The notes: generated by a model from the letters alone, not told the origin. Shown: positions 1-7,672, counted from the stretch's first letter. The stretch is 39,041 nucleotides of DNA from a virus (IMGVR_UViG_3300016476_000446:1-39041); one strand, 5' to 3'. Made by a program: numbers and translations.

Positions 1-549
1 AGAATCGCGTCTTAGTTGTAGTTCATCAAAATCCGGTTGTTTTCTCATATGATACAAAACATTCCTTGACGCTATGACGTTATCCAACTTATCTGCTATT
101 TCAGTTGATGGTATTCCTGCCGCCCATAGCTTCCTCATAATTTTAATCATTTCTGGTGTAACTTTATATCCAGTTTGAACACCCGATTGCGTCTTTCGTT
201 TATCAAGTTCTTGTTGAAACTTAGTTTTTCCAACAATTTTTGAAATTAAATAGGACATTCCGTAAATACTTACATCATATGCTTTTGCTAGTTCTGCTAC
301 AGATTTTCCACCAAAGAATGCATCTACAATAGCATTTTTCGATGCGTCGTCCAAGTTTGCAATTTTACTTTCCAATCGTTTAGGACGATCTTTATAGTAT
401 CTATTAAGTGCGTTAATTGCCGATTTAGTATCTATGTTTAATTCGGTTGCGATTTCTCGATAAGTTAGCCCATTGTCGTACATGGATTTTAATTTTTCAA
501 CCATTTCTGGAGTAAATGTTGTTTTTTCAATTAATTCTAAATATCGCAT
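1..549 (-). CDS. Multi-HTH DNA-binding protein with GcrA-like HTH repeats (runs off the window edge)
   Basis: Not in the ORF track. ATG at 549 on the - strand with GAAGGT SD, open to position 1: MRYLELIEKTTFTPEMVEKLKSMYDNGLTYREIATELNI...GKSVAELAKAYDVS...TPEMIKIMRKLWAAGIPSTEIADKL. Three HTH-like units. Confidence 0.75.
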   Translation of the reverse strand, partial: MRYLELIEKTTFTPEMVEKLKSMYDNGLTYREIATELNIDTKSAINALNRYYKDRPKRLESKIANLDDASKNAIVDAFFGGKSVAELAKAYDVSIYGMSYLISKIVGKTKFQQELDKRKTQSGVQTGYKVTPEMIKIMRKLWAAGIPSTEIADKLDNVIASRNVLYHMRKQPDFDELQLRRDS

Positions 550-567
550 AACTTACCTTCTTTATAT

Positions 568-575
568 TATTTATT
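568..575 (-). promoter_or_regulatory. T4-late-like promoter box (AATAAATA)
   Basis: tatttatt on the + strand, upstream of the HTH gene; resembles T4 late TATAAATA. Confidence 0.5.
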
Positions 576-586
576 CAATACACTGC

Positions 587-615
587 TTGACTCAGCTATT
601 TAATTGCTGTATATT
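587..615 (+). promoter_or_regulatory. Sigma70-type early promoter
   Basis: TTGACT-17 nt-TATATT. Confidence 0.7.
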
Positions 616-641
616 TTTTATAACAAGTAAGGATTAATGCA

Positions 642-1085
642 ATGAAAATCGAGTATCGCAAGGGCAACCTATTTGAAACTGATATTCTGCATATTGCACA
701 TGGTTGCAATGCGCAGGGAGTTATGGGTTCCGGTGTTGCACGGATTGTTAAAGAACAGTATTTTGATGCATTTAAATTTTATGCAGAGCAATACGACGAG
801 CATGGTCTCAAACTGGGCGATGTGCAATTTGTTCCCGTAAATGGAAAAGTTATCGTTAATGCCGTTACGCAAAACCTCTATGGCAAAGACGGTAAACGTT
901 TTGTTAATTATGAGGCAGTTGCTGAATGTATGAGGACTATCAACAACGTTCTTAAACAGAGTGGAGAAACGCATGTTGCTATGCCGCAAATCGGTGCAGG
1001 ACTGGGTGGCGGTAGCTGGGCAGTTATTGAGGCTATCATTGAAAGTGAAATGACTGACATTCAGCCTGTGGTTTACGTGTTGTGA
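642..1085 (+). CDS. Macrodomain (ADP-ribose processing) protein
   Basis: YRKGNLF, HGCNAQGVMGSGVA and MPQIGAGLGGGSW motifs. Confidence 0.9.
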   Translation: MKIEYRKGNLFETDILHIAHGCNAQGVMGSGVARIVKEQYFDAFKFYAEQYDEHGLKLGDVQFVPVNGKVIVNAVTQNLYGKDGKRFVNYEAVAECMRTINNVLKQSGETHVAMPQIGAGLGGGSWAVIEAIIESEMTDIQPVVYVL

Positions 1086-1231
1086 TGACTAAAGCAAAAG
1101 CTGATGAAAAAATATTCTCCCTCAATGATCTAATTGATATGGGGCTTGTTACGCACAAAGACATTGAGCATTATCTTCGATATATGGAAGCAAAACGTTT
1201 GGTAAAAGAACTGTTTCCAGGTTTAAATTAA
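1085..1231 (+). CDS. Hypothetical protein (48 aa)
   Basis: TGATG overlap with the upstream stop; fills the gap. Confidence 0.55.
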   Translation: MTKAKADEKIFSLNDLIDMGLVTHKDIEHYLRYMEAKRLVKELFPGLN

Positions 1232-1232
1232 A

Positions 1233-1463
1233 ATGACAGATATTGTTGAAAAACATGCCATGCTGGCTCTTATGTCAGACAGCATTAAGGGGCGTCTAAA
1301 AGATGCTATCCGCGAACAGTTGAGTGATGCACTCTATTGTACTAGAGTGTGGGAAGCCTGGGGATATGGAACGATGACTGAAGATGATTTTGTATGCCTT
1401 GCTGATATCGACGATTATGTTGACGACATGGCTAATACTGTGCTACAAGCACTGATGGGATAA
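1233..1463 (+). CDS. Hypothetical phage protein
   Basis: Packed ORF with YCTRVWEAWGYGTMTEDDF segment. Confidence 0.7.
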   Translation: MTDIVEKHAMLALMSDSIKGRLKDAIREQLSDALYCTRVWEAWGYGTMTEDDFVCLADIDDYVDDMANTVLQALMG

Positions 1464-1474
1464 ATTAATATAGC

Positions 1475-1550
1475 GCCTTCGTAGCTCAACTGGAAGAGCA
1501 AGGGATTTCTACTCCCTAGGTTGTGGGTTCGACTCCTGCCGGGGGCGCCA
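1475..1550 (+). tRNA. tRNA-Arg (anticodon UCU)
   Basis: GCCTTCG/CGGGGGC acceptor, GCTC/GAGC D-stem, AGGGA-TT TCT AC-TCCCT anticodon arm, TTCGA T-loop, encoded CCA. Confidence 0.95.
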
Positions 1551-1557
1551 AAATTTT

Positions 1558-1666
1558 GCTGGGTTTCGCATAGGTGCGGTCGGTCTGGAAGATCCTAGGA
1601 AGTCTGACGAATGGAGAAAAAGGTTAGCATAGCTAATTCGGAGGCAGTAATCCCCGCCCGGCACCA
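1558..1666 (+). ncRNA. tRNA-like structured RNA (109 nt) ending in ACCA
   Basis: GCTGGGT pairs with GCCCGGC followed by ACCA; internal hairpins CGCA/TGCG, GTCGGTCT/AGTCTGAC and GGTTAGC/GCTAATT; 7 nt after tRNA-Arg; no canonical TTC loop. Confidence 0.6.
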
Positions 1667-1680
1667 AATTGAGAATATGA

Positions 1681-1962
1681 ATGCAAGATTTAATTGACGC
1701 ACATAAAATACTAATCAACAGATACAGAAATTTTATCATCGGTAAAAACTTTGTTGATGAAAAAGAACTTCTTGGATTTTGTGATTTGGCAATGGATCTT
1801 CAAAATCCAGATAAATTAAGTAGATGGGTTGGATATCTTCAGGGAATTTTAATTGAAAGAAAAATTGTTTCTGTAGAATCTGAAAGGACCTGGAGCAGAC
1901 CTGTTTACAAGCCAATCTACGAAAAACTTGGCTACGATACAACAACTAAGGAAATAAAATAA
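1681..1962 (+). CDS. Hypothetical protein
   Basis: ORF with KLSRWVGYLQGIL segment. Confidence 0.7.
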   Translation: MQDLIDAHKILINRYRNFIIGKNFVDEKELLGFCDLAMDLQNPDKLSRWVGYLQGILIERKIVSVESERTWSRPVYKPIYEKLGYDTTTKEIK

Positions 1963-2019
1963 TGCACTACAGAAAGTTTTACGACGACTTCTAAGCAATC
2001 TAGCTTAAAAGGAGTCAAT

Positions 2020-2574
2020 ATGAGCAGAACTTATCGCAAACCCAAGTTTGAGCAATTTAAATCTGAATCTCAATACGTGGATGAACACATCAAAGATCTG
2101 GAACTTCGTGCTGCCAGATATCCTAATATGTACAACCTTAAAAAGGTTCGCAAAACTCAGGAAGAATATAAGAACGAACTCGCCGCAGCAGAAGAACACT
2201 ACCAAGCTGACTGCCGTGTTGTTCGCAAACAATACTGGTACTGCTGGAACAATCCCAACAGTATCATGTATAGCTGTTACCTTCGTGCCTTGCCCGAACG
2301 TTACCGCTACTACGTTAGCAAGTACCGTTATGAGCCCTGTGACATCGATTGGGAAGCTGAACGTGATTACGCCCGCCGCACTTTTGCAAAGCGTACCCGT
2401 GACGGTTATTGTAACGAAACTGGTTGCAACACTGCATACAAAACTCTGAGCAAAGAGACTGTTAGAAACGCAGTTCGTCAGCTTGAGCGCCGTGTTGTTA
2501 AAGGAGAAGACTGGGAACACCTTCCATATCCAGACACTTACCTCGGTAAAAAACATATCTGGAGCGTGTGGTAA
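2020..2574 (+). CDS. Hypothetical Arg/Tyr-rich protein
   Basis: AGGAG SD, 184-aa ORF. Confidence 0.75.
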   Translation: MSRTYRKPKFEQFKSESQYVDEHIKDLELRAARYPNMYNLKKVRKTQEEYKNELAAAEEHYQADCRVVRKQYWYCWNNPNSIMYSCYLRALPERYRYYVSKYRYEPCDIDWEAERDYARRTFAKRTRDGYCNETGCNTAYKTLSKETVRNAVRQLERRVVKGEDWEHLPYPDTYLGKKHIWSVW

Positions 2575-2580
2575 TCATTT

Positions 2581-2613
2581 GACTGTAGCGTAGAAATATG
2601 CTACAGTCTTTTT
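2581..2613 (+). terminator. Intrinsic terminator overlapping a sigma70 promoter
   Basis: GACTGTAGCGTA-GAAA-TATGCTACAGTC followed by TTTTT; same DNA reads TTGACT(2579)-17-TACAGT(2602). Confidence 0.7.
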
Positions 2614-2628
2614 GTTAAGGAGTATACC

Positions 2629-2820
2629 ATGGAATTAATTGCAGGCGCCATAATCTACAGTGTTATTGTTATTACACTTGCTGTAATGACTGCGTATTGT
2701 TTAAAAAAAGATTGGCCCCTGCTGGCCGTTCTATTTGGACTAACGCTAGTCACTGTTAGTTGTAATCTGAAAATAAACGACCACGAAACAAAAAACCCAA
2801 CAATAGAGGTTACTGAATAA
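2629..2820 (+). CDS. Small membrane protein
   Basis: AAGGAG SD; two hydrophobic segments. Confidence 0.7.
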   Translation: MELIAGAIIYSVIVITLAVMTAYCLKKDWPLLAVLFGLTLVTVSCNLKINDHETKNPTIEVTE

Positions 2821-3335
2821 TGTCACGATACCTAGTATTTTTAGACATCGATGGAGTATTCACTAGTTCACGTGTTCATTATAGCCGCACTGACGGCTAT
2901 GACATGTGGGCAAAATTTGATCCCGTAGCAGTTGATTTTATGAACAAAATCTCTGATCGTTTTGAAAACGTTGAATTTGTTTGTATGAGCACCTGGAAAA
3001 ATTTCCTTAAAACAGAAGACCTACAAGTGAGCCATTTGTTTGAGTCTACTTGGAGGAACGCTGGATTTAAAGGTAAGTTTGCCAACCCTTGGAAAACTGA
3101 TCCTGATAATACTTTGTTTATGAACGCTGGCAACCACCGCGGACATGAAGTCAAACACTATCTGGAAAACTATGGACCTGACGTCAAAGACTTTATCTTG
3201 TTTGACGACAATGAATATAATTTTGACAGTATCCTGGGTAAGAAACGTCTTGTTCGAACTGACCATGAAAATGGTATGCTCTACAAACATATGACGCACG
3301 CCATGAGCATCATGGGTGCGTGGAATCCAAAATAA
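2820..3335 (+). CDS. HAD-superfamily phosphatase (RNA-repair Swiss-army-knife HAD-like)
   Basis: VFLDIDGV motif I, S/T-W motif II, ILFDD motif IV. Confidence 0.8.
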   Translation: MSRYLVFLDIDGVFTSSRVHYSRTDGYDMWAKFDPVAVDFMNKISDRFENVEFVCMSTWKNFLKTEDLQVSHLFESTWRNAGFKGKFANPWKTDPDNTLFMNAGNHRGHEVKHYLENYGPDVKDFILFDDNEYNFDSILGKKRLVRTDHENGMLYKHMTHAMSIMGAWNPK

Positions 3336-3346
3336 CTGAGGTAAAA

Positions 3347-3925
3347 ATGGAAAATTTGGCTTTGACTGCATTCGTTGGCGGCTTTGGTGGCGCCTGGTTT
3401 GCAATGTTTATGTTGTTCTTTATCGTCGTTGGTGTAATTGCCAATGAAATGGACAGCTTCTGGATGGGGGTTGGCACATTACTGGTTGGCCTCGCTGCGA
3501 TGGAATGGTTATTCCAGATTCCGGTATGGGCCAGCATTGCTGCTAACCCGCTAATGTTAGTCTTGTATGCTGCTGTCTATCTTGCCGTTGGCTCACTGTA
3601 CACTGGTGTTTGGAGTTGGCCTAACTACATTAAGGACCGCGCCGACCATATTAAGATGGATTATGGGTCATTCCTAAATAAGCGTAAATTAAAAGGCGAC
3701 GCTGATTCTTTTGAAGAGTTCCTTGATTCGAGTGAATACCGGTATACTGCAAGTAAAAACAAAGATCGGTTAGCTGCTTGGGTACTTATGTGGCCGTTTG
3801 GATTAATTTGGGATTTGTCACACCGTCCTGCACGTTGGCTTTGGAATAACGTTTATGCTGTACTTGGTACCACGTTTGAGCGAGTAAGTAAAAACACTGC
3901 AAGAAAGATCCATGGTGGATCATGA
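3347..3925 (+). CDS. Multi-pass membrane protein
   Basis: GAGGT SD before ATG 3347; 3-4 hydrophobic segments; AWVLMWPF motif. Confidence 0.75.
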   Translation: MENLALTAFVGGFGGAWFAMFMLFFIVVGVIANEMDSFWMGVGTLLVGLAAMEWLFQIPVWASIAANPLMLVLYAAVYLAVGSLYTGVWSWPNYIKDRADHIKMDYGSFLNKRKLKGDADSFEEFLDSSEYRYTASKNKDRLAAWVLMWPFGLIWDLSHRPARWLWNNVYAVLGTTFERVSKNTARKIHGGS

Positions 3926-4185
3926 ACTACAAGACTGAATTCTTACAGTCAGTCCAGACTCGCCAACTGCAAAGTTGGCGAGATCAGGCTCGCGCTAGTG
4001 GAAACGTATACACTGCGTTTGACCACAAAAATCACAGAACTATGGTCTTCAAGTTAGAAGAAATAGTTGAAGAACTGAAGTCTCGTGATCCTGCCCCAAT
4101 CAGTAGCAATAATAAAAACAAAAAACCCACTAAAGAGTTTAGACCTAAAACTAAATTTAGCAGGGTTGGGAATGGAAATGTATAA
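3922..4185 (+). CDS. Hypothetical basic protein
   Basis: ATGA overlap. Confidence 0.65.
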   Translation: MNYKTEFLQSVQTRQLQSWRDQARASGNVYTAFDHKNHRTMVFKLEEIVEELKSRDPAPISSNNKNKKPTKEFRPKTKFSRVGNGNV

Positions 4186-4576
4186 TTCACCTGTTGATAC
4201 ACTATCTGCTGTGCTCGGTCATGCCGAGCACATTGGATTTTCAAACATAAAAGATCGCCGCAGAAACTGGTTTAAGTCAGACGAAGCCAAGACAGAGATT
4301 TATGAGGATTTTGAAAGACGCCCCTATAGGCATGAGATTGAACTTTTTTCCATGTTTGTACAAGGATGGGGTAGTACTGCACTGGGGTTTGGCGGAGTTG
4401 GCGGTCAAGCGTTTACTGATGCATACACTACAATTCTACAATGTGGTAATGAATTTTTAGTTTACTTTAGTACTAGACTAGCGTATAAGTTAGTAAACCC
4501 AACTCAGGCATTTTATCAGGACGTGTCCAACATGGACTTGGTCGAGGTGTCAAAATCAGGAAAGTATTTAAGATGA
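4178..4576 (+). CDS. Hypothetical phage protein
   Basis: FVQGWGSTALGFGGVGGQAFT Gly-rich segment; start trimmed to ATG 4178. Confidence 0.7.
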   Translation: MYNSPVDTLSAVLGHAEHIGFSNIKDRRRNWFKSDEAKTEIYEDFERRPYRHEIELFSMFVQGWGSTALGFGGVGGQAFTDAYTTILQCGNEFLVYFSTRLAYKLVNPTQAFYQDVSNMDLVEVSKSGKYLR

Positions 4577-4968
4577 AAATTGGTGTTACTGGTACTAGAA
4601 ACGGTATGAAGCCCGACCAAATACAAAGAGTAAGAACGTTCTTATCAGACTTCCCAGCCGGTACTGAACTTCATCACGGCGATTGTGTTGGTGTAGATAT
4701 TGAAGTTGCGGAAATTGCACAAGAACTGGGATTCAAAGTCATCTGCCATCCTCCAGAAAAAGATGAACTACGGGCTTTTCACAAAAGTGACGAAATCCGC
4801 AAACCTTATAACTACTTGCGGCGTGACCGAAATATTGTTGACGAAACTGATATGTTGGTTGTAGTACCTATGCATACAGAATGGCAACCATCCGGTGGCA
4901 CATGGTACACCCACGACTACGCAGAAAAGAAACACAAACCAATCAGAATATTCTTTCCAGGTGAATGA
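4573..4968 (+). CDS. SLOG-superfamily (DprA/YspA-like) nucleotide-binding protein
   Basis: IGVTGTR, HHGDCVGVD, RDRNIVD and SGGTWYT motifs. Confidence 0.75.
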   Translation: MKIGVTGTRNGMKPDQIQRVRTFLSDFPAGTELHHGDCVGVDIEVAEIAQELGFKVICHPPEKDELRAFHKSDEIRKPYNYLRRDRNIVDETDMLVVVPMHTEWQPSGGTWYTHDYAEKKHKPIRIFFPGE

Positions 4969-5309
4969 TGAAATCTAAAAATATGATCAACTTTCTTGAT
5001 TATGGTATACCTGAGCATACTAAAATTAGTTTGGAAAATTACCTTCTATATGGTATACCGCCTGGCGGGTTTTTAACTTCTGTACTAGTTGGAGATTTGT
5101 TTAATGTATTTGCCAAATCTGACTATATGAATAAACCCAAAATAGAAGATATAGTAAATTGGATTAAATTCGAAGCACCTATGAAAAGCTATGGGTCTTA
5201 CGAAAACATGAAATACTGGATTACTGATCCAGATAAACTCAGAGCCAATTATGCTGAACAAATTGAAAAACAATATGTGTGGCGATCATTAAAAACTGTA
5301 GGAAATTAA
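4965..5309 (+). CDS. Hypothetical phage protein
   Basis: YLLYGIPPGGFLTSVL...YGS segment; ATGA overlap. Confidence 0.7.
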   Translation: MMKSKNMINFLDYGIPEHTKISLENYLLYGIPPGGFLTSVLVGDLFNVFAKSDYMNKPKIEDIVNWIKFEAPMKSYGSYENMKYWITDPDKLRANYAEQIEKQYVWRSLKTVGN

Positions 5310-5310
5310 A

Positions 5311-5655
5311 ATGAAACAAATTATTGTAATGCGGAAAGATCTCAAGATGCCCCGCGGTAAGGAAATTGCCCAAGGTGCTCACGCGAGTATGAAAGCCACG
5401 TTGCTACACCAGGAAGACCCAAGGGTTAAAGAATGGTTGAGTGGAAAGTTCACCAAAATTGCAGTTGGGGTTAACAGTGAAGAGGAGTTGCTGGATGTTT
5501 ACAACAAGGCCCGCGCCGCAGGGCTCATCGCAGAGCTTGTCACGGATGCTGGGCTTACTGTGTTTAACGGCGTACCCACGAACACCTGCATTGCTGTAGG
5601 CCCTGACACGCACGAGATCTTGCAACCAATAACTGGTGACCTTAAATTGCTCTAA
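5311..5655 (+). CDS. pth2: Peptidyl-tRNA hydrolase, Pth2 type
   Basis: KQIIVMRKDLKMPRGKEIAQGAHAS, KIAV, DAGLT, TCIAVGP and ITGDLKLL motifs. Confidence 0.93.
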   Translation: MKQIIVMRKDLKMPRGKEIAQGAHASMKATLLHQEDPRVKEWLSGKFTKIAVGVNSEEELLDVYNKARAAGLIAELVTDAGLTVFNGVPTNTCIAVGPDTHEILQPITGDLKLL

Positions 5656-5656
5656 C

Positions 5657-5902
5657 ATGATATTGGTACCATTTAGATTTGACCCAATTGACTGCCATAA
5701 CCGAGATACGGTTATGATGGCCCTTAATGATTTATGTCATATGGATTGGTTGCATTATTTAAAGAGTCACGCAACCAAAATAGAATTTATAGATCCCCAT
5801 TATTTGGCGGCGGTGCATATGTATGAAGTGATTTTCAAGTTTCACCTTGACCCGAAACACGAAACATATTATAATATAAAATATAGTAGAGAAGGATATT
5901 AA
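5657..5902 (+). CDS. Hypothetical protein, possible degenerate LRW-family member
   Basis: C-terminus FKFHLDPKHETYYNIKYS. Confidence 0.65.
   Translation: MILVPFRFDPIDCHNRDTVMMALNDLCHMDWLHYLKSHATKIEFIDPHYLAAVHMYEVIFKFHLDPKHETYYNIKYSREGY
5847..5875 (+). promoter_or_regulatory. Sigma70-type promoter inside a gene end
   Basis: TTGACC-17 nt-TATAAT. Confidence 0.6.
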
Positions 5903-5903
5903 A

Positions 5904-6065
5904 GTGCCTAAATTTATTGTAGACCTTTGGCTTGATGGTTACGATACTGAAGAAGAAATGGTCGAAGCATGTAAAGAATTTATATACGATCAATTGAATT
6001 TTTCAGGCAGCTCTGTAAAAATTGAAGAACTTGTTGAGACTAAAAATGAAAAAGATATGTCCTAA
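5904..6065 (+). CDS. Hypothetical acidic protein (53 aa)
   Basis: GTG start with GAAGGA SD; PKFIVDLWLDGYDTEEEM... Confidence 0.6.
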   Translation: MPKFIVDLWLDGYDTEEEMVEACKEFIYDQLNFSGSSVKIEELVETKNEKDMS

Positions 6066-6135
6066 TAACTTTGCACATGTTGGAAAAAGTTGTGGAAACA
6101 ACTGCACTTGTTTTCCAAAGAAAGCCAAAAAATGA
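6046..6135 (+). CDS. Cys-rich micro-ORF (29 aa)
   Basis: MKKICPNNFAHVGKSCGNNCTCFPKKAKK; ends in ATGA overlap with the next gene. Confidence 0.35.
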   Translation: MKKICPNNFAHVGKSCGNNCTCFPKKAKK

Positions 6136-6284
6136 CAGTTAAAGAACTAATTGAAACTTTGCAGAAGTTTCCTCAAAATGATATTGTGTACTATGAAGGT
6201 GGAGATTATGCCGACGATTGGCGGCCTGTACACAAAGTTTCCAACTTGAATTCATGGGGATCTAGGGGTATTCTTTTAGAATGA
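6132..6284 (+). CDS. Small phage protein, MTVKELI family
   Basis: N-terminus similar to 13192..13449. Confidence 0.65.
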   Translation: MTVKELIETLQKFPQNDIVYYEGGDYADDWRPVHKVSNLNSWGSRGILLE

Positions 6285-6496
6285 CTCCGGCTCAGATACG
6301 ACGCAAATGGGCAAGCATAGACCGTCGTGAAGAAAAACTTGCACATGAACTTGCCAAATTACAAGCACTGTGTACACACCCAAATGTCACAAAAAAGTAT
6401 GACAGCAATACTGGAAATTACGATCCCAGTGCAGATAGTTACTGGATTGACTTTCATTGTCCAGATTGTAGAAAACGCTGGAGGACCGATCAATGA
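6281..6496 (+). CDS. Small Zn-ribbon-like protein
   Basis: CTHP ... CPDCRKRW. Confidence 0.7.
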   Translation: MTPAQIRRKWASIDRREEKLAHELAKLQALCTHPNVTKKYDSNTGNYDPSADSYWIDFHCPDCRKRWRTDQ

Positions 6497-6900
6497 TTTA
6501 TTTTTTTCTAACACTACAAATACTATTTGCACACTGGTTTAGTGATTTTGTATTACAAAGCCATTGGATGGCAACCAACAAAAGTAAGAACATTCTAGCA
6601 CTCAGCTCGCATGTGCTAGTTTATACTGTATCTATGGGAGTTACATTAATAACGATTGGCATACTACTTTCAGTAACGCCCATTTGGGCAAGTGTAATAA
6701 TGGCTATGATGACTCCTGTGACATACGTCAAATGGATACTGTTAAACGGGCTGCTGCATTTTGTTACTGATTTCTTTACGAGTAAAATGACTGCTATTCT
6801 TTGGCAGAAAAACGACTTCCATAACTTTTTTGTTGTAGTTGGGTTGGACCAATTTATTCATTATACTTGTTTGATTTTAACACTGTTGCTGTTTATCTAA
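6493..6900 (+). CDS. DUF3307-like membrane protein
   Basis: AHWFSDFVLQ, HVLVY, HFVTD and GLDQFIH motifs. Confidence 0.8.
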   Translation: MIYFFLTLQILFAHWFSDFVLQSHWMATNKSKNILALSSHVLVYTVSMGVTLITIGILLSVTPIWASVIMAMMTPVTYVKWILLNGLLHFVTDFFTSKMTAILWQKNDFHNFFVVVGLDQFIHYTCLILTLLLFI

Positions 6901-6903
6901 ATA

Positions 6904-6911
6904 GATAAATA
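6904..6911 (+). promoter_or_regulatory. T4-late-like promoter box
   Basis: GATAAATA, 4 nt before ATG 6916, no SD. Confidence 0.6.
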
Positions 6912-6915
6912 ATAT

Positions 6916-7164
6916 ATGAAACTTAGAGACATTATATCAGAACTTACCTTTGCAGGTCGCCAATGCACTAAAGATTGCAGTGGACACAAAGCAGGGTATA
7001 GGTATGCTATGCAAACTGGTAACACTGGACCAAGTAGTCCATACAGTCCAAGTTTCAACAGTGGTCAAGAAGTTGCTGGTGACAAAATGTCTGGAAAGAT
7101 AAAGAACAATCCAAAAGTTCGAACTCCAGCTGGTAAATTTGCCAAAACACCAAAATTAAGATAA
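6916..7164 (+). CDS. Late small basic protein
   Basis: MKLRDIISE N-terminus; CTKDCSGHKAGY motif; late box upstream. Confidence 0.7.
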   Translation: MKLRDIISELTFAGRQCTKDCSGHKAGYRYAMQTGNTGPSSPYSPSFNSGQEVAGDKMSGKIKNNPKVRTPAGKFAKTPKLR

Positions 7165-7166
7165 TT

Positions 7167-7241
7167 GCCTCTGTAGCTCAGCGGAAGAGTACTGGTCTTC
7201 GAAACCAAGGGTCGGGAGTTCGAATCTCTCCAGGGGCACCA
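7167..7241 (+). tRNA. tRNA-Arg (anticodon UCG)
   Basis: GCCTCTG/CAGGGGC acceptor, TGGT-CT TCG AA-ACCA anticodon arm, TTCGAAT T-loop, encoded CCA. Confidence 0.92.
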
Positions 7242-7250
7242 TAAATTTAC

Positions 7251-7303
7251 TTGATAATACCTGCAAGTTCTGCTATGTTGTATGTAGCAAAATTGCAGGT
7301 ATT
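7251..7303 (+). promoter_or_regulatory. Sigma70-type promoter within an inverted repeat covering the downstream RBS
   Basis: TTGATA-17-TATGTT; AATACCTGCAA (7256) / TTGCAGGTATT (7293). Confidence 0.6.
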
Positions 7304-7306
7304 TTT

Positions 7307-7672
7307 ATGAGCAAGGTACAACAACTTATCGCTAAGGCGCTCTCTACTAATAGTGAAGAGGAAGCCTTTACATGTTTACGAATGGCTCGTAAACAATCTG
7401 ACAAAACTTTTACTATGGCTGAGCCCAAGCAACCCACTCCACAGAATACGTTCAGAGAGATTCATCTAGAACAACAACTAACAGTCCTTAACCGGATGTA
7501 TAAAGATGCACACACTCGGGCTGGATATTTCATGGACGAGATGACCAAAGCCAAAATTGAGAAAAATAAACTTGCTTCACAAGTTAGGTCTCTTAATGAA
7601 ACTGTGTCTTTGTATAAATTCGCATTGGCTATCGCTGCCATCAGTGCGGTTGTGTTGGCTATCTTGATCTAA
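7307..7672 (+). CDS. DUF2786-like N-terminus, coiled coil and C-terminal TM anchor
   Basis: KVQQLIAKALSTNSEEEA; hydrophobic tail. Confidence 0.65.
   Translation: MSKVQQLIAKALSTNSEEEAFTCLRMARKQSDKTFTMAEPKQPTPQNTFREIHLEQQLTVLNRMYKDAHTRAGYFMDEMTKAKIEKNKLASQVRSLNETVSLYKFALAIAAISAVVLAILI

Noticed and set aside
1603-1640. Hammerhead-ribozyme-like core (CTGACGA...GAAA) in the tRNA-like RNA
   Set aside because: There is no room for stem II, and stems I and III do not pair as required.
1558-1666. tmRNA, tRNA-Sec or tRNA-Ser(GGA) reading
   Set aside because: No G3:U70 pair (it is U3:G70), no tag ORF and no UCA anticodon; the GGA loop has only a 3-bp stem and there is no TTC loop.
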